A stretch of DNA of 64,000 nt, taken from the human T2T-CHM13v2.0 reference genome, Homo sapiens. A program made the translations under genes and the position numbers. The notes below the pieces were generated by a model, which searched no databases, was not told where the DNA came from, and was given only the letters and a program-made list of their open reading frames with translations. The stretch is from NCBI RefSeq assembly GCF_009914755.1, contig NC_060925.1; one strand, 5' to 3'. Of this stretch, positions 48,655 to 62,315 are shown piece by piece (position 1 is the stretch's first letter; the number at the start of each line of letters is the position of its first letter).

Positions 48655-50399
48655 ACATTGTCAGTGCTGGGCTCAGACCCAGGCTTAAATTGGCAGCTGT
48701 TGACATTACAAGCCTCAAAGTTGAGAGGAGCAGGCAGAGGAACGGGGCTTCTTTCTTCTCTCTGGGCACCTAAACAGGGGTTACCTGCAGAGGCCTTAGA
48801 CCAGGTGATGGCAAGAAGCCCACTCTCCGCAGCCTGGGGCTGTCTGCCTCCAGGCCTCTGCACCATGACTTTGCAGGAGCCGTGCAAACAGCAGCTGCGT
48901 CTGGCAAGCGCGCAGAGAGTCAGGGCAATGCCAATTTGAGGCAGACGTCTGAAGAAGCTATTTCTAAAACAGCAATTACCAGAAAGGGGAACAAATTACT
49001 ACTTACTTCAGAGACTTTCACACATGGAGAATCAGGGCCCTACAAAGTAATCAGGGCAATGTGTTTGCAAAACTGCATTATTTATATTGAAATATTTCAT
49101 GGAGAAAGGTCAGGAACAAAAATTGAAGGTTAGCAAGGAATAAAATACCAGGGTCACCTATCTCCGCAAATTCTGCATGGGGCCCTGATTATGGCCGCAT
49201 TAGGCACATTTGAAAACTATTACAGAAACCCAGGCTGGTGTCCAACATCAGATTTCTAGGAAAAATGAACTCGGTTGTCCAAACCCAAAGGCAGCCCCAT
49301 GCCTACAACCCACGGAGGGTCAGGCCAGGCCCTGTGGGTGTCAGGCCTGGGTGCCACTAGAGAACCCGTCCATTCATCAGACACTTGGCGCCCATCTTAC
49401 TTTGTTGCCAGCCAGTCAACCAGCTCCTCTGGAGCTCTACCCGGGCACACCAGGACACTGATCGCTGATCAGGTACTGGGCAAGGAGGCAAGGTAGCCAG
49501 GGCCAGGGCCAGCAGAACAACCAGGCAGGACCCTGGATTTGGGATCTGTGAGAGATGTCAGTAGCTGACTTCCCCAAGAAGGGTGAGGCCATAGGAGCAG
49601 GGTCTCCTTCCTCCACCACACCCTCACCCTGCCTGCACCACCAGCCCTCCAGGGCTCAGTGCCTCAGGTTCTCCTTCCTGTCCCCCTGGGCAAAATGCGC
49701 TCCCAGGAGAAGACCACCGCTGATGCCCTAGGAATGTGTGTGCACCCCTATTATCTAAGTTGATCCTTGCAGCGCCCTGGCAAGGCTGGGAGGAAGAGGA
49801 TCCTCGATCTTAGTGGGGCTGCTTTCCAGCCTTGCCTGGGAAGCTCCAGGCCTCTGTGGTGGGTGTTCAGCCTACTGGGGCTGCAGACATTTCCCTCCGT
49901 GTCCTCACTTTAGGCACGAGCCCCAGGTCTCTGCAACACTGTCCAGCGCTCAGCTTCTGAGACTCCAAACTGTCCTCATTCATCCTGCACCCAGGCAGGC
50001 AGGTCCACCCCCAGCTCTTCTCATTATCCTACAGCTTATCCTGGTCAAGAGCTGCCCACCCCACCCCAACCCTGCATGAAGCCTTCTCGCCTGCACAACG
50101 GCCCCCACCTCACTCCTCTTCTCCGAATGCCCATGACTCTCAGAGCTTCTCTCACACCAGGCTGTGCCCAGTAGCACACGGCCTGGTTACAAGTGTTGCT
50201 TTCATGCCTAACTTAGGTGAAATCTTCCTGGGGCAGACACCTTGGAGCATTTGCTAGTTTGCTCATTCATTCATTCTCTAGGCACACTTATGCTCCTCAG
50301 GGGCAGGGGTTTTGTTTGTTCTGTTCTCTGATGCATCCTCTGCACCTTGAACAGTGTCTGCCACAGAGAAGGCACTCAATGAATATATGAGAGATTTAT

Positions 50400-50835
50400 C
50401 CTTCCATCCGTCCACTCATCCACCACCCATTCACCATCCTTCCATCCAAACATCCACCATCTTTCCATTCATTCGTGCGTTCATCCATCCATACAGCCAT
50501 CCATCAATTAATCCACCATCTGTCCTTCTACCCATTCATCTATCTACCATCCCTCTATTCATCCATCCACACATCCATCCACCCATTTACCACCTAGTCA
50601 CCATTCTTCCATCCATCCATCCATCCATCTTTCCATCTATGATCCATCCATCCATCCATCCAATCATCAATAAATCCACCATCTGTCTTTCCATCCATCT
50701 ATCCAGCTATCCATCCATTCATCGACCATCCTTCAACTATCCATTCATCCATACATCCACCATGTATCTATCCATTCATCCATCCATCATCTTTACATCC
50801 ATCCATCCACACATGCATACATACATACATACATG
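50400..50835. repeat. Degenerate (CCAT)n / (CATA)n simple repeat
   Basis: TCCA/CCAT-rich tract adjoining an L2 3' end. Confidence 0.93.
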
Positions 50836-51079
50836 CACCAAGAGTTCCTGAGTAACTCTGGGGCAGATTCTGGCAGAAAGGTCTACAGAAAGGAGACCCT
50901 GGTCATCTGTCTCTTAGAAGCTTCTATGTGGTATGTGGGGCTTTGTATAGGGCTGAGAACAAGCTCAGCCTGAAAGAAACATATGAGAAAAGGCAAGAGG
51001 AAGAGGAGTTACTGAGGCCCAGCTGAGGACAACTCCCATCTGCAACCTCAGCCCCAGAACCGCAGAACAGGAAGGTGTG

Positions 51080-52910
51080 ACCACTGCTAGCTCCATCATT
51101 GGCAAGGCCCAGTGCAAAAAAGTGCCATTCAAGGTCCTAGCATTACATAGCAAATGAAAATCATCCTGACAAGTTGAGAGAAAAGCAATGGAAGAAAGGC
51201 ATTTTTACATAGCAAATAAAAATAATCTCAATAAGATGATGATATGCATTTGCTACATAATCCCATAATAAGTAAAGAAAAATTTTACTTGTAAGTCCTT
51301 AGTGTGGATTTTACCATTCACCTTTATCCTGTGCAATGCCAGCTTTAAAAGCAAATGTTAAGAGCATTTATCTCATGGATGGAATCACCAAAATTGCACA
51401 ATTCCTATGGTGCAGCTTGTACATGTATTCCTTTCTTACTAGAACAGTGGAGATGCTGTACTAAGCCAACTTAGCTGTTTTCATTTCCCTTCTTGATCAG
51501 GTACACTTACCCTCACTCCCTGCCTTGGGCTTCCTGATGAGCACGGAAGGACGGAAAGGAAAAGGAGCTTGGGCTGCCTCTCTGCCTTTCCTTTTATGTC
51601 ATATTTTCAGCATAACTGGTTGGCTACACAGGGAGCAACATGAATTAGGACAGATACAACAGGGCTCCTTGGTTGTTTTTGTTTCTTAGGATGCCAGGGC
51701 ATTCTTTCTGCTTTTGAAGCAAGTTCTAGTTCAAGTGGAGAGAGTAGCTCTCAGAGCTGTCAAGAGCCTACTTTGTTGCAGACGTAGCACGCTGACCTTG
51801 CACCCAGTTTGAGTCTTGCTGAGCTCCCACGTATCCTAGAATTCTGCATTTATGGGGCCTCACGAATGCTGCATGCCTGTAGAGTGGCAAGAAACAGTGG
51901 ACACGTGTCACAGCATCTGCTCTGTCCACGGTCATCCTCCAGGGTCTCTTAGGATGCAGCCCACAAAACACAAATTCAAAAATAAAAAAAATTATTAAGA
52001 ATGCGGCCAAAAATTATACAAAAAAAAAATCTCAACATCACAATCATTAGAGAAATGCAAATCAAAGCCACAGTGAGATACTATCTCACACCGGTTAGAA
52101 TGACTATAATTAAAAAGTCAAAAAATAACAGATGCTGGCAAGGATGTGGAGAAAAAAGAACACTTACACACTGTTGGTGGGAGTGTAAATTAGTTCAACC
52201 ATTGTGGAAGACTGCATGGCAATTCCTCAAAGACCTAAAAACAGAGCTACCATTCAAACCAGCAACCCCGTCACTAGACCTATTCCCAAAGGAATATAAA
52301 TCATTCTGTTATAAAGACACATACACGCCTATGTTCACTGCACCATGAATCACAATAGCAAAGACATGGAATCAACCTAAATGCCCATCAATGGTAGACT
52401 GGATTTTTTAAATGTGGTACCTATACACCGTGGAATATTATGCAGCCATAAAGAAGAAGGACATCATGACCTTTGCAGGAACATGCATGGAGCTGGAGGC
52501 CATCATCCTTAGCAAACTAACGGCAGGAACAGAAAACCAAATACCACGTGTTCTCACTGAAAGTGGGAGCTAAATGATGAGAGCACATGGAGACGTGAAG
52601 GGGAACAACACACGCTGGGGCCTTTGAGAGGGTGGAGGGTGGGAGGAGGGACAGGATCAAGAAAAGTAACTAATCAGTACTCGGCTTAATACCTGGGTAA
52701 TGAAATAATCTATACAACAAACCCCCATGACACAAGTTTACCCATATAACAAACCTGCACATGTACCCCTGAACTTAAAATAAAACTTAAAAATTTAAAA
52801 AAAAAAAGTGAATTTCAAGATGGCCATAGCGAAGCATTAAACCGTGCCAGAGGCCCTTCTAGGGGCCTTGTGCAATTGCACGGCTTGTACGTCCATCACG
52901 TTAGCCAGTG
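51080..52910 (-). mobile_element. MER45B-like hAT-Tip100 element, split by an L1PA
   Basis: GGCCCAGTGCAAAA near the left end; AATTATTAAGAAT [L1] GAATTTCAAGATGGC...GCATTAAACC...GGCCCTTCT is the reverse complement of the MER45 start. About 1 kb once the L1 is removed. Confidence 0.75.
52000..52807 (+). mobile_element. L1PA13-16-like 3' fragment (ORF2p C-terminus plus 3'UTR)
   Basis: ORF 52001..52348 has REMQIK...[27 protein letters not shown], the L1 ORF2p CCHC domain, followed by a 3'UTR and poly(A). Confidence 0.93.
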
Positions 52911-53097
52911 TAACACCGGTGGTTTGATCACAGGTCCTGGAGGGGTCCAAGCCTTTTCTCAGCAGGAAGGACTTGCCTGAGCTTCTAGGTGGCTTGTTCC
53001 CCGTTGCCAAATCTGGCTTGGGCCACAAAGTGAAGGCAGGATCCACTTGAAAGCAAGGGAATGAGGTGCTGAGAACAAGTCCCTCAGTTGACTCAGC

Positions 53098-53146
53098 TCA
53101 CACACACACACTCACAGACACAAACACACTCACACACACATACACA
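53098..53146. repeat. Degenerate (CA)n
   Basis: Interrupted CA run. Confidence 0.85.
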
Positions 53147-53849
53147 GCACATCAGGCTGACCCGAGGCCCGCGGCCCCTTTGCTGTCTGTATACAAGGTA
53201 GCAAACGAAGCGACAAGTCAGCGCAACAGGAAAAGCGACTGCTGCCAGAAGCTTGCATTTCCATTTCTGAAACACCCAGCCCTGACCCCGGAGGCAGACA
53301 AGCATGCTTCAGCAGGACCAAATGTTTCCAGTACGCAGCCGGGCTGAAGGCAGCAAATTGAGTGGAACTGTCTGTTGTATCTTGCTTTCAGCTTCTCGAG
53401 CTGTTTTTAAAATCCCTTTTGGGCGCAGGAATCGTTTCACTCTATGATCTGCAGAAGAAAGCTCTTTTGTCAGGACCTCGCTAGCCCCTGCACCCCCAAA
53501 CACACAGGCATGAGTATACCCACACATGCCCTCACTCACACCTTGCATTAAATGCTGGTGTATGCAGAGCGAGGTGACAGAATCCCGGCTGCTTTGTCCT
53601 CAAAATGCCAGAACCTCTGCCTCACAGTGGATGACATCGGGTTGAATATCTTCACAGCCATAGCAGGCTGAATGTCCTCTTTGAAAGCTGCCTTAGAGCC
53701 AGGCACATTATTCTGAAGAGCCTCAAATGTGAATCGTCTTCATCCTCTGAGGTTGGGCACAGCTGTTGGAAGCAGCCGCAGGTGTGTGTGTCCCCCAGGG
53801 CAATCGGCAGAGCCTCCTATGGTGACATGAGGTGACCTCGGGTCTCAGT

Positions 53850-54065
53850 CTGCCTGGCTTTAACCCCGAGCTCCACGTGTGTGTTACCTGTGTGATCTTG
53901 GGTGCCACGCCTCTGTGCTTGGTAACCTCTGCTTGTAGAGTTTGGATTCTTAGAAGGGTGCTAACTTCAGAGACTCCTTCTGAGGATTAAATAAGATAAA
54001 GTTTGTGAAGTACAGAACTAAGAAGTTTCTGGCATATGTGGTGCACAAGTAGTAAATATTCGCTA
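53850..54065 (+). mobile_element. MIR
   Basis: CTGCCTGGCTTTAACCCC...TGTGTGATCTTGGG...CCTCTGTGC...GAGGATTAAATAAGATAA. Confidence 0.7.
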
Positions 54066-54211
54066 TTTCCATCCCCACTGCTAAAGAAAGTGATACTCTC
54101 TTGTGTGACTCACAGAAGGGCCCAGAAAGCACCAGCTCTGGGGGCTGTAGGACTCCCCACAAAGTCTAGTTGCCCAGTCTCCTGTCTTTTCACCTCCAAG
54201 ATCCCTCTAGA

Positions 54212-54415
54212 GCAGCACTGTCCAACAGAACATTCTAGAATGATGAGAACATACTGTCCATTTCAGTAGCCACCAGCCACATGTGGGTACCAAGCACCTG
54301 AAATGTGGCTACTATGTGACCAAGGAAGTGACTTTTACATTTCAGCTCATTTTAGTTCACTTAAATTTACAAAGCCACATGTAGCTAGTGTCCACCATAG
54401 TGGACAGAACGGCTC
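54212..54415 (+). mobile_element. MER3-like hAT-Charlie MITE
   Basis: GCACTGTCCAACAGAAC...GTAGCCACCAGCCACATGTGG...GAAATGTGGCTA...CCACATGTAGCTAGTG...TGGACAG. Confidence 0.8.
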
Positions 54416-54728
54416 CAGACAATCATTTCCAGAGTTTCTCAGATTGAGAGAATAAAAGGCTCTTTACTCATGCCAAGAGTGAGAATCATGGATTGCTATT
54501 TCCCCCTCCTGAAGCGCTTGAATGCCGGTGAATGAAATAAAGGCTCTGAGAAGTCCTGCAGCATGAACAGACCCTGTTTATCCTCATGTTTTCTAAACTT
54601 ATTTGACCACAGAACCTCCTTGATGTGCAGATATATAAAATGTCCACGGACACCCTACAGAATAGAAGGAAGGGGCTGTGTCCACTAGAGCAACGCACAT
54701 CATTTTGGCTTTGAAAAAGCTCAAGAAG

Positions 54729-55021
54729 AGCCGGGCGCAGGGGCTCACGCCTGTAATCCCAGCACTTTGGGAGGCTGAGGCGGGCAGATCACAAGGTCAG
54801 GAGATCGAGACCATCCTGGCTAACACCGTGAAACCCCGTCTCTACTAACAACACAAAAAAATTAACCGGGCGTGGTGGCGGGCACCTGTAGTCCCAGCTA
54901 CTCAGGAAGCTGAGGCAGCAGAATTGCTTGAACCTGGGTCAGAGGTTGCAGTGAACCAAGATCACACCACTGCACTCCAGCCTGGGCAACAGAGAGAGAC
55001 TCCATCTCAAAAAAAAAAAAA
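54729..55021 (+). mobile_element. Alu (Sc8/Y-like)
   Basis: Full dimer with GAGATCGAGACCATCCTGGCTAAC and a poly(A) tail. Confidence 0.92.
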
Positions 55022-58000
55022 GAGAGAAAGAAAGAAATAGAAAAGAGAATTATTTTAGATCTACTTTTTGTCAGTGCTAATGACTCAGAAACCAGGAGTC
55101 AGTAGTAAGTCCCTTATGTATGCATTCAACAAACAGGTGAAGTGCGTACTTACCACATGCCAGAGTTTGTGCCTTACCCACAGCTAAACAATCACTGTCT
55201 CCTTCTGTACCAGGCAAGAGGGCAGTGTCCTCTGACGGTCCCCAGACAGAGCAGCCTGGGATTGGCTGTGTTTGTGATGCACACTCCTGGCTTCCCATCT
55301 GAAGGACCCAGGTCTTTAAAGCTCCCATTGTGTTGTCACTCAGGGGCAGGAGAGGAACTGGCAGCTGGGAGAAAGCAAGGGCTGGTGGACCTTCCCCACA
55401 TTCCAGTTCAGGCCAGAATGGGCCTCGCTCCCCACAGCCAGTGCTGCTCTGTTTGAGCAGAGAAGCCAGCTCCAGCCCGCTGAAAACAGACTGGACCCAA
55501 AGGAAGAGGAGAAAAACCCTATTGTCGGCCTGCCCCAGGCCTTTTCCCAGATGGGTGAGCACCTGCCCTGAAGGCACAGGAGGAAGTGAGCGTGGGGCTC
55601 AGGGACCAGGCCTGCCCTCCCAGTTAGTGCCAAGGACACAGAAACAGAGGGGAGTGCCCATCAACCTCTGCCCAACACAGAGCCCCTTAATGACTTTTAG
55701 ATTAAAAAGCCAAGACACGGCCATATCCTTAAGATGCCTAATGAAGCAATTGGCCCATCAGCCAGTCCAGGCACCCGCATGAAGCCCCAAATGTAGAAAC
55801 TCAGCCAGCCTTGCCAGACCTGCTTAATGCAAAATTGGTAATGTCATTTACAAGCCTCTCACACGCAGGCCTATGAATAAAAGAATAATGCTGAAAAGCA
55901 AGGCTCTCCAATTTCTATACATTGCAAACAGCTCTGAGCAGTTCCTTCTTGTGCACTTGGCACAGACCTTCCGCCCTGCCAGGGCTCGCCTTGAAGATAG
56001 AGTGCCCCAATCCTGGAGGCACAGTGGCTGGAATTGCTGCAAAGTACCAGGAGGCAGGAAGATTTACCTCCCTGGCCCTGGAGCTCCTTCCAGCCACACA
56101 ACTCCAGGGAGGCTCAGAGGCCAGCCCTCGGACCCCAAGGCCAGAAGACATGTAAACAGTGACATAAATGCACCCCAACCGCCTCTGTCAAGCATCTTGT
56201 AATGCTTCTCCACTCCTGCTGCAAAGGCTGCTGGGATTTTCTGCCTCTACTGCCCCCATTAAATCAGCTGCCCGCGGAAAACATGTCCATCCTGTGGAGG
56301 CCAGGCTCAGAGCCACCCCTGCACCCCCGGCACACTCTGCAGAGAACCCTTGCTCCAGGGCTGGCCCCGAGCACAGACTCTCCCCCAGGGCATTTCTGCA
56401 GCACATTAAAGAAAGAACAAAGGAGAGAAAGGAGGGAAAAGCCAGTCTCTCCGGATTCCAAATGAGAAGATGATGAAGTGTTCAGAAGGGAGAGAGCCTT
56501 TTCAAAGGACTTTTCATCCAGCGCCAGCACGGTGTGAGAGAATCAAAACAGAGGAGTTCTGTGTCAATAGGACGGATCCCTCCAAGGCTGCCAGTATGTT
56601 GGAGTCCTGGAAGAGAGAGATGAGCCAGGGCAGTGCGCTCCACAAACCCTGAAAGACCAGGTTGAAAGTTCTCCCACAATGAAGGCTGCTTTTGGAGCAC
56701 AGGTGGCAGCCTGCACAGGCTCGGGGGCAGGAGCAATTGCTGTGCCAGGGGTCTCTGGATCACAGCCTCTCTTGGGCCGTACTGTGTTGGGGGAAGATCC
56801 TCAAATTCCCTTATGATTAAGGGTGCTGTACTGGATGAATTCCCGGGTCTTTTTTAGTTCCAGCTCTCTGGGGTGGTAACCTTTCTTATTTGAAATGCAA
56901 AAATATGTACTAACAAATATTTATCAAGCCTCTAGCACAGCCATCCACACAAAGGAGGTTATTCATAAATATTGGACAGTTTATTAATTGATTGTTATTA
57001 CTGCCGCCTTACAGCTGCTCTAAGGAGCCGTCTGCCACATTTTGTCCTAATAAAGCAATTGGAACTAAATAAAGCTCAGCCTGCCCAGTACACTCTGTTC
57101 TTGTCCTATAAAGAAGGGGCTCTCCAAAGGAGATGTGGCTTCCGCAGGTGACTTCTTAGGAGAACATTTATCCAACAAAGTAATTAAATAATCCCGTGTG
57201 GCCTCCCAACCCAGAGCTGCTCCAGCTGCCTTAAGTCTGGTCGTGTTTCCTGAAACTTGACAAGTCTTCTAAGTTCTTTAAACTTTTCGTTCAAGGCCCA
57301 CATTGGAGGGGAGCCGGGGGTGGAAAGTCAATATAAAAGCAAAGATCAAACTCTTTCAAAAGAGTGTTAGCAACTTTTAATGATATTCATCTGTCACAGG
57401 GTGCCAGAGGGCAAAAGCTGCATCTGTATCTTAACTGTAATAACTACATATTGAGCAGCCTGAGACTTGATTTATTAACGATGAGATTTTACAGGCAAGC
57501 CACCATTGACAAATGGCAGCAATTTTCGGCACCCCAGATCAATACCCTTTAATCGAGTCAAATCTCAGCAAATTAAATTAAAGCCAGATTCCAAAATAGC
57601 CCCAAACTAAACAAATGAATTTGTGTAAAATTCCCCCACATGGTTGGATGACATGCCAGTGGCTGTCTTGAGTTGGTGGCAGTATTTTTATTTATCTATT
57701 TGGAAGCAAGATGCCTGCCAAGGGCACTGTTGTTCATCTGTCATGCTTGCAGTCCTCTCGAGCCCCGTGGTTGGACACCAGCGAGGGAAGGGGAGGTGGG
57801 CACAGACACGTCCAGGCCCCAGTCCAGGGCCGCTTTGGGAATAAATTATTTCCCTACCTGTTCGACACCTCCTGGCGCGTTCCTTCCAACGACGAGATGA
57901 TCGGATCTTACGGCTCATGGCAAAGATCAAACCCAGAGCCCAACTCTGCCCCAGGTGATTCAGGGGATCTTAGATAAATCAGACCTACCTGTTTTCACAT

Positions 58001-59094
58001 GCAAAATAAGAATGATGACCATCATTGTCACCTCCAAAGTTTCCATGACATTAAACAAAATAACAAATTTCAAAGACAAGGTCCGGATCTGGCACAGAAG
58101 GAGCACTCAGAGGTTAGCTAAAGCAGGCACTCAGCTGAGGCATGAGGAATGGGGCCGCCTCCCCCTTGCAACGCCAGCACACGCGGCCACCCTATCCCCA
58201 GAGCAAACGCGTTCTCCCTGGGCAGTGGGGAAACAGGGTCCCCACAAGGCCGGAGGATGGCCAGGTACCTGGGATCACAGTATGTCCCCTAGCTCTACAG
58301 GAAGGCTCAGAAGCATTTCTCTCATTGGGAAGCTTTTACTTTAGAAACTCTTTGACCCCTTGGATTCTCCTTTGTCTCTGGGGAACCCTTGTTTCACAGA
58401 TTTCAGGAATGAATCATGGCCCCATCTGTAGAAGCTTAAGGAAACGCTCAGGGAGCCGGCTGTTCTGGGCCAACAGTGAAGGACAGGATACATCTTCCAG
58501 GCTGCTATATCCACTCTACAAGGAGCAGGTCAGAGACTCAGGAGACAGCCCAGGGCTCGGACAGGGAGCCTGGCTTGATTTAGGTCAGTCTTAAAACATC
58601 ACTGGAATTGAATGACAACGTCCAGCTGCAGCCTCTGTTGCTGGTTAGAAGGTTATTCACCCAGGGCGGATGGGCAGCGCCACTCGGGGTGAGGCACTGG
58701 GGCACCCGTGCTCCTCTGTGTCCCCCCAGCTGGAGGTTAGCAATGACCTGGAGATCAGCTAATGCATCACAGTGATGCTGTTTGTGGGGCTCTCTGTGCC
58801 AGACCAAGTGTGTTTTGTAAGTATCTGCTCATCCTGTGCTTGTCACTGACTCCTAACCCAGCAAAAGTTGGGGGAAGAGCAAACATTTCTTGAAGCACCC
58901 CCTGAGCTCTGGCAGAGCAGATGGGAGAGGGATCTACCTTCAGCCCAGGTCTTTGTTTTTCATGCACTGTGTTTATCCACAGGCACCTGAAGCTGGAGTC
59001 CCTCTCCTTCACCCGGGCCCTACCCCAGCTAGATGAAGGGCTTCTCACTCCACTCCCGGGCACCTGCAAGTCTCCTGTGTCACTTTATTCTAAC

Positions 59095-59535
59095 TGTATT
59101 TGAATCCTATGGTTGCCATAACAAAGGACCACAAACTCAGTGACTTAAAACAACAGACATTTATTCTCTCAGTTCTGGAGGATGGAAGTCTGGCATCAAG
59201 GGGTGGTCAGCACTGTGCTCCCACTAAGGGCCCTAGAAGGTCCTTCTTCCCCTCTTCCAGCCTCTGGGGGCTCCAGTTGTTCTTGGCTTGTGGCTGCATC
59301 ACTCAAATCTCTGCCTCTGTCTTCACACAGCATCCCCTCTCTGTCCATATCTGGTCTCTCTGCCTTTTTCTCATAAAGACACTTGGCATGGGATTGGGAC
59401 CCACCAGGATTACTCAGGATGATCTCATCTCATGATCCTTAATAACAACTTCAAAAACCCTCTTTCAGGATAAGGTCACATTCACAGATTCTGGAGACTG
59501 GGATGTGGACATGTCTCTTTGAGAGGCCATTATTA
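59095..59535 (-). mobile_element. MLT1C/D-like LTR
   Basis: GCCATAACAAAGGACCACAAACTCAGTGACTTAAAACAACAG...AAGGTCACATTCACAG. Confidence 0.85.
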
Positions 59536-60305
59536 TAGAGTCTGCCTTCTCCCCATCACAGATGTCCAATTGATATCTGCAGACTAAATGAATAAGTGAA
59601 TGAACAGGCAGCTTCTTCCACTGATGCAGGTCAGCCCCTCATCCTTCAAGGGCCACAACCCTTCAATATTCCTGGGGGTCCTTGCCCACACTGGCTTCAA
59701 GACTCTCCTCTTGCTATTAGAATTATAACGACCCCTGCCAACACCTGGCCTCATCTCAGACACTTGGAGATGCATGGAAATGCTAAGATTCTCAGACGCC
59801 TCAGAATACTGTTTAGGGTCAGTCCTCCAGTAACTATGAAATAAGATCCAACCTCCGGGACTCAGCACAGCAGCCCTTGCTCCTGCCTCCAAAGACCCGG
59901 TGAGGCCAGGAGGGTATCTGCCTCACCCCAGCCTCCTTGGACATCCTCAAACATCCCCTGCCTGGCAAACAGTCAGAAGGCAGGAAGCTGGACACCTTCA
60001 GCCTCAGCATGGATTCAGGGGCAGAGACGAAGGCCACGTCCTGAACAGCCTCTGCCTAGCGGTGCAGGCACCGTCTACCCGCAGCTCCAGGGTCAGGCTG
60101 CAGATACTCGAGGAGCAAGCCCAGGTCCAACTCTGCCTCCTCAAACCAAGCAGCAAACTGGCACCAGGACCCCTTCCTGTTAAGCCCCTGAGCCCCTGGC
60201 CCCAAGCCAGCTGGCTGTAGTGCTGAGCTGGGGCACCAGACTCCAGCCAAACCTCAGTGCCCTTCCTCCATCACTGGAGAGAATGCTGCTTAGCAAGCAT
60301 GGGCA

Positions 60306-60512
60306 GTATGTGTTTGTGCAAGTGTGCACATGCCTGTACATATGTGCATGTGTGTGCATATGTGTGCATCTGTGCAGGTGTGTGCTTACCCATGCATGAG
60401 TGTGCAGATGTATGTTTGTGTGCAGGCATGTGTGAAGTATGCAGTTGTGTGCAGGCATCTGCAGGTGTGTGTTGTGCATATGGGTTTGTCTTTGCATATT
60501 TAAGTGGGTGTA
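60306..60512. repeat. Degenerate (TG/TGCA)n purine-pyrimidine tract
   Basis: TGTGCA-rich low-complexity sequence. Confidence 0.85.
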
Positions 60513-61611
60513 TTTGTTCCTAATGGAGCCTGTATACAAGTGGACCTGTCTTGAGGATGCTGAGGGAACCTCCTTTAAGAAAAGGATTGTCGGCTCAGAG
60601 GCAAGCATCAAGGAACCTCTCCCCTGGCTTTCAGGGTGTCCCCCACATTCCCTCCCCATGCTAGGGTCTCCCAGTGTCTAAGGCGTTCGGGGAGGGGACT
60701 AGGAAGGAACTTGCAGTGTCTGAGCATCTGTCAGGTGCCAGACAAGGTGGCACCTTCCTCCAGGGCTGTGCTCCTTTCTCCTCTGAACACATGAGAACAT
60801 AAGGCTCGGCCAAGCAAAGGCATTTGTCCAAGCCACCCAGCTGGTCCCCAGGAAGCCAAACCAGGATCTTCACTCAGGGCTGGGACCTCAGACCCACGTG
60901 TGCTCCAGGGCAGATGTTCCCACCCTGTGGGACGAGAGCCACCTGGTCCAGGGGGTGAGAGGGGGAGGGCGTAGAATGTAAAGCTTTTGTGGAGCAACTG
61001 ACACCCAGGACTCCCTGAATCCTGGTGGGGCTGGATCTGGGATCTTCATCTTTAATAAGCCTCCTGATAATTCAGGAACAGATAGTCCCCCAACAACCCA
61101 CTGAATATGCTGCTGATAGGGCTTGCAAGTGGGGCAGGCAGCCAGGGCAGCAGGTTTTTTTCCTAGCCAACCTGCCAAAACTGACCCCAGAGAGGCTGTG
61201 CTCAGAGGCAAAGGGCCCAGTACCTGCTCTCTCTCACCTATTAGAGGCCTGAGATGGGGCATCAAAGTGACCCCAGAGCCCCCAAAACAAGGAAGACTCA
61301 GACTTGCTAGCAAACAGAGGGCACCAGAGGAAACCAGGAACAGGGCAGGACTTCTGTCTTCCCCAGAAGAACCACATGCAGAAGCTGCTGAAGCAGGAAG
61401 ACCACATCGATAATTCGTCCTCTAGCCATGTCCAAGTGGTGACTCTCACGGGACAGTCTGCAGAAGCCATTGGGGGGACACAGATTTCCCTAACAAGTCC
61501 TAAGGCATTAGCAGAGTGTCGGTAGCACAGATAGGATTTTGCCTTCTATTATAGAAGGCCCCAGGTTCTCTGATCAGGTAATTGTTGAGATAAAGAACAT
61601 GCTTTCAATAG

Positions 61612-61740
61612 GGTGATATATAGATGCATAGATAAATGATGGATAGTGGATGGATGGATAGATAGACAGAGAGACAGGTAGATTAAAAAATAGATGATAG
61701 ATAGATAGATAGTAGACAGAAGATAGATATATAGATAATG

Positions 61741-61787
<47 letters not shown>

Positions 61788-61836
61788 GATGGATAGACAG
61801 ATGATAGATGAGTAATTGATAGATTAGATAGATGAT

Positions 61837-61871
<35 letters not shown>

Positions 61872-62143
61872 GTCTAGATAGATGATAGATAGATAGAAGA
61901 TAGATAGATAGATGACAGATAGATGATAGATATATAGTAGATAGAAGATAGATAGATAGATGATAGATAGATAGATAATAGGTCTAGATAGATGATAGAT
62001 AGATAGATAGAAGATAGATAGATAGATGACAGATAGATGATAGATATATAGTAGATAGAAGATAGATAGATAGATAGATGATAGAAGATAGATAGATAGA
62101 TAATGATAGATGGTACATACATAGTAGATAGATAGTAGATAGG

Positions 62144-62199
<56 letters not shown>

Positions 62200-62212
62200 A
62201 TAGATAGATAAT
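61612..62212. repeat. Complex (GATA)n repeat
   Basis: Pure runs (GATA)11 at 61741-61784 and (GATA)13 at 62146-62197, with an internal 110-114-bp duplication. Confidence 0.97.
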
Positions 62213-62315
62213 CTTCCCAGACATGAGTGTGCTGGGAAGCAAGGTTTGCAGATAAGTGTGTCAGATTGTCAAGGGCAGTGAAAGCCACACAGGGGACTTG
62301 TGATCTTACCTGTAG

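Noticed and set aside
52001-52348. 115-aa ORF with a CCHC motif
   Set aside because: Truncated L1 ORF2p C-terminus.
61612-62212. Identification as a named forensic STR such as D16S539
   Set aside because: The flanks do not match what I recall for that marker; no name can be assigned without a search.
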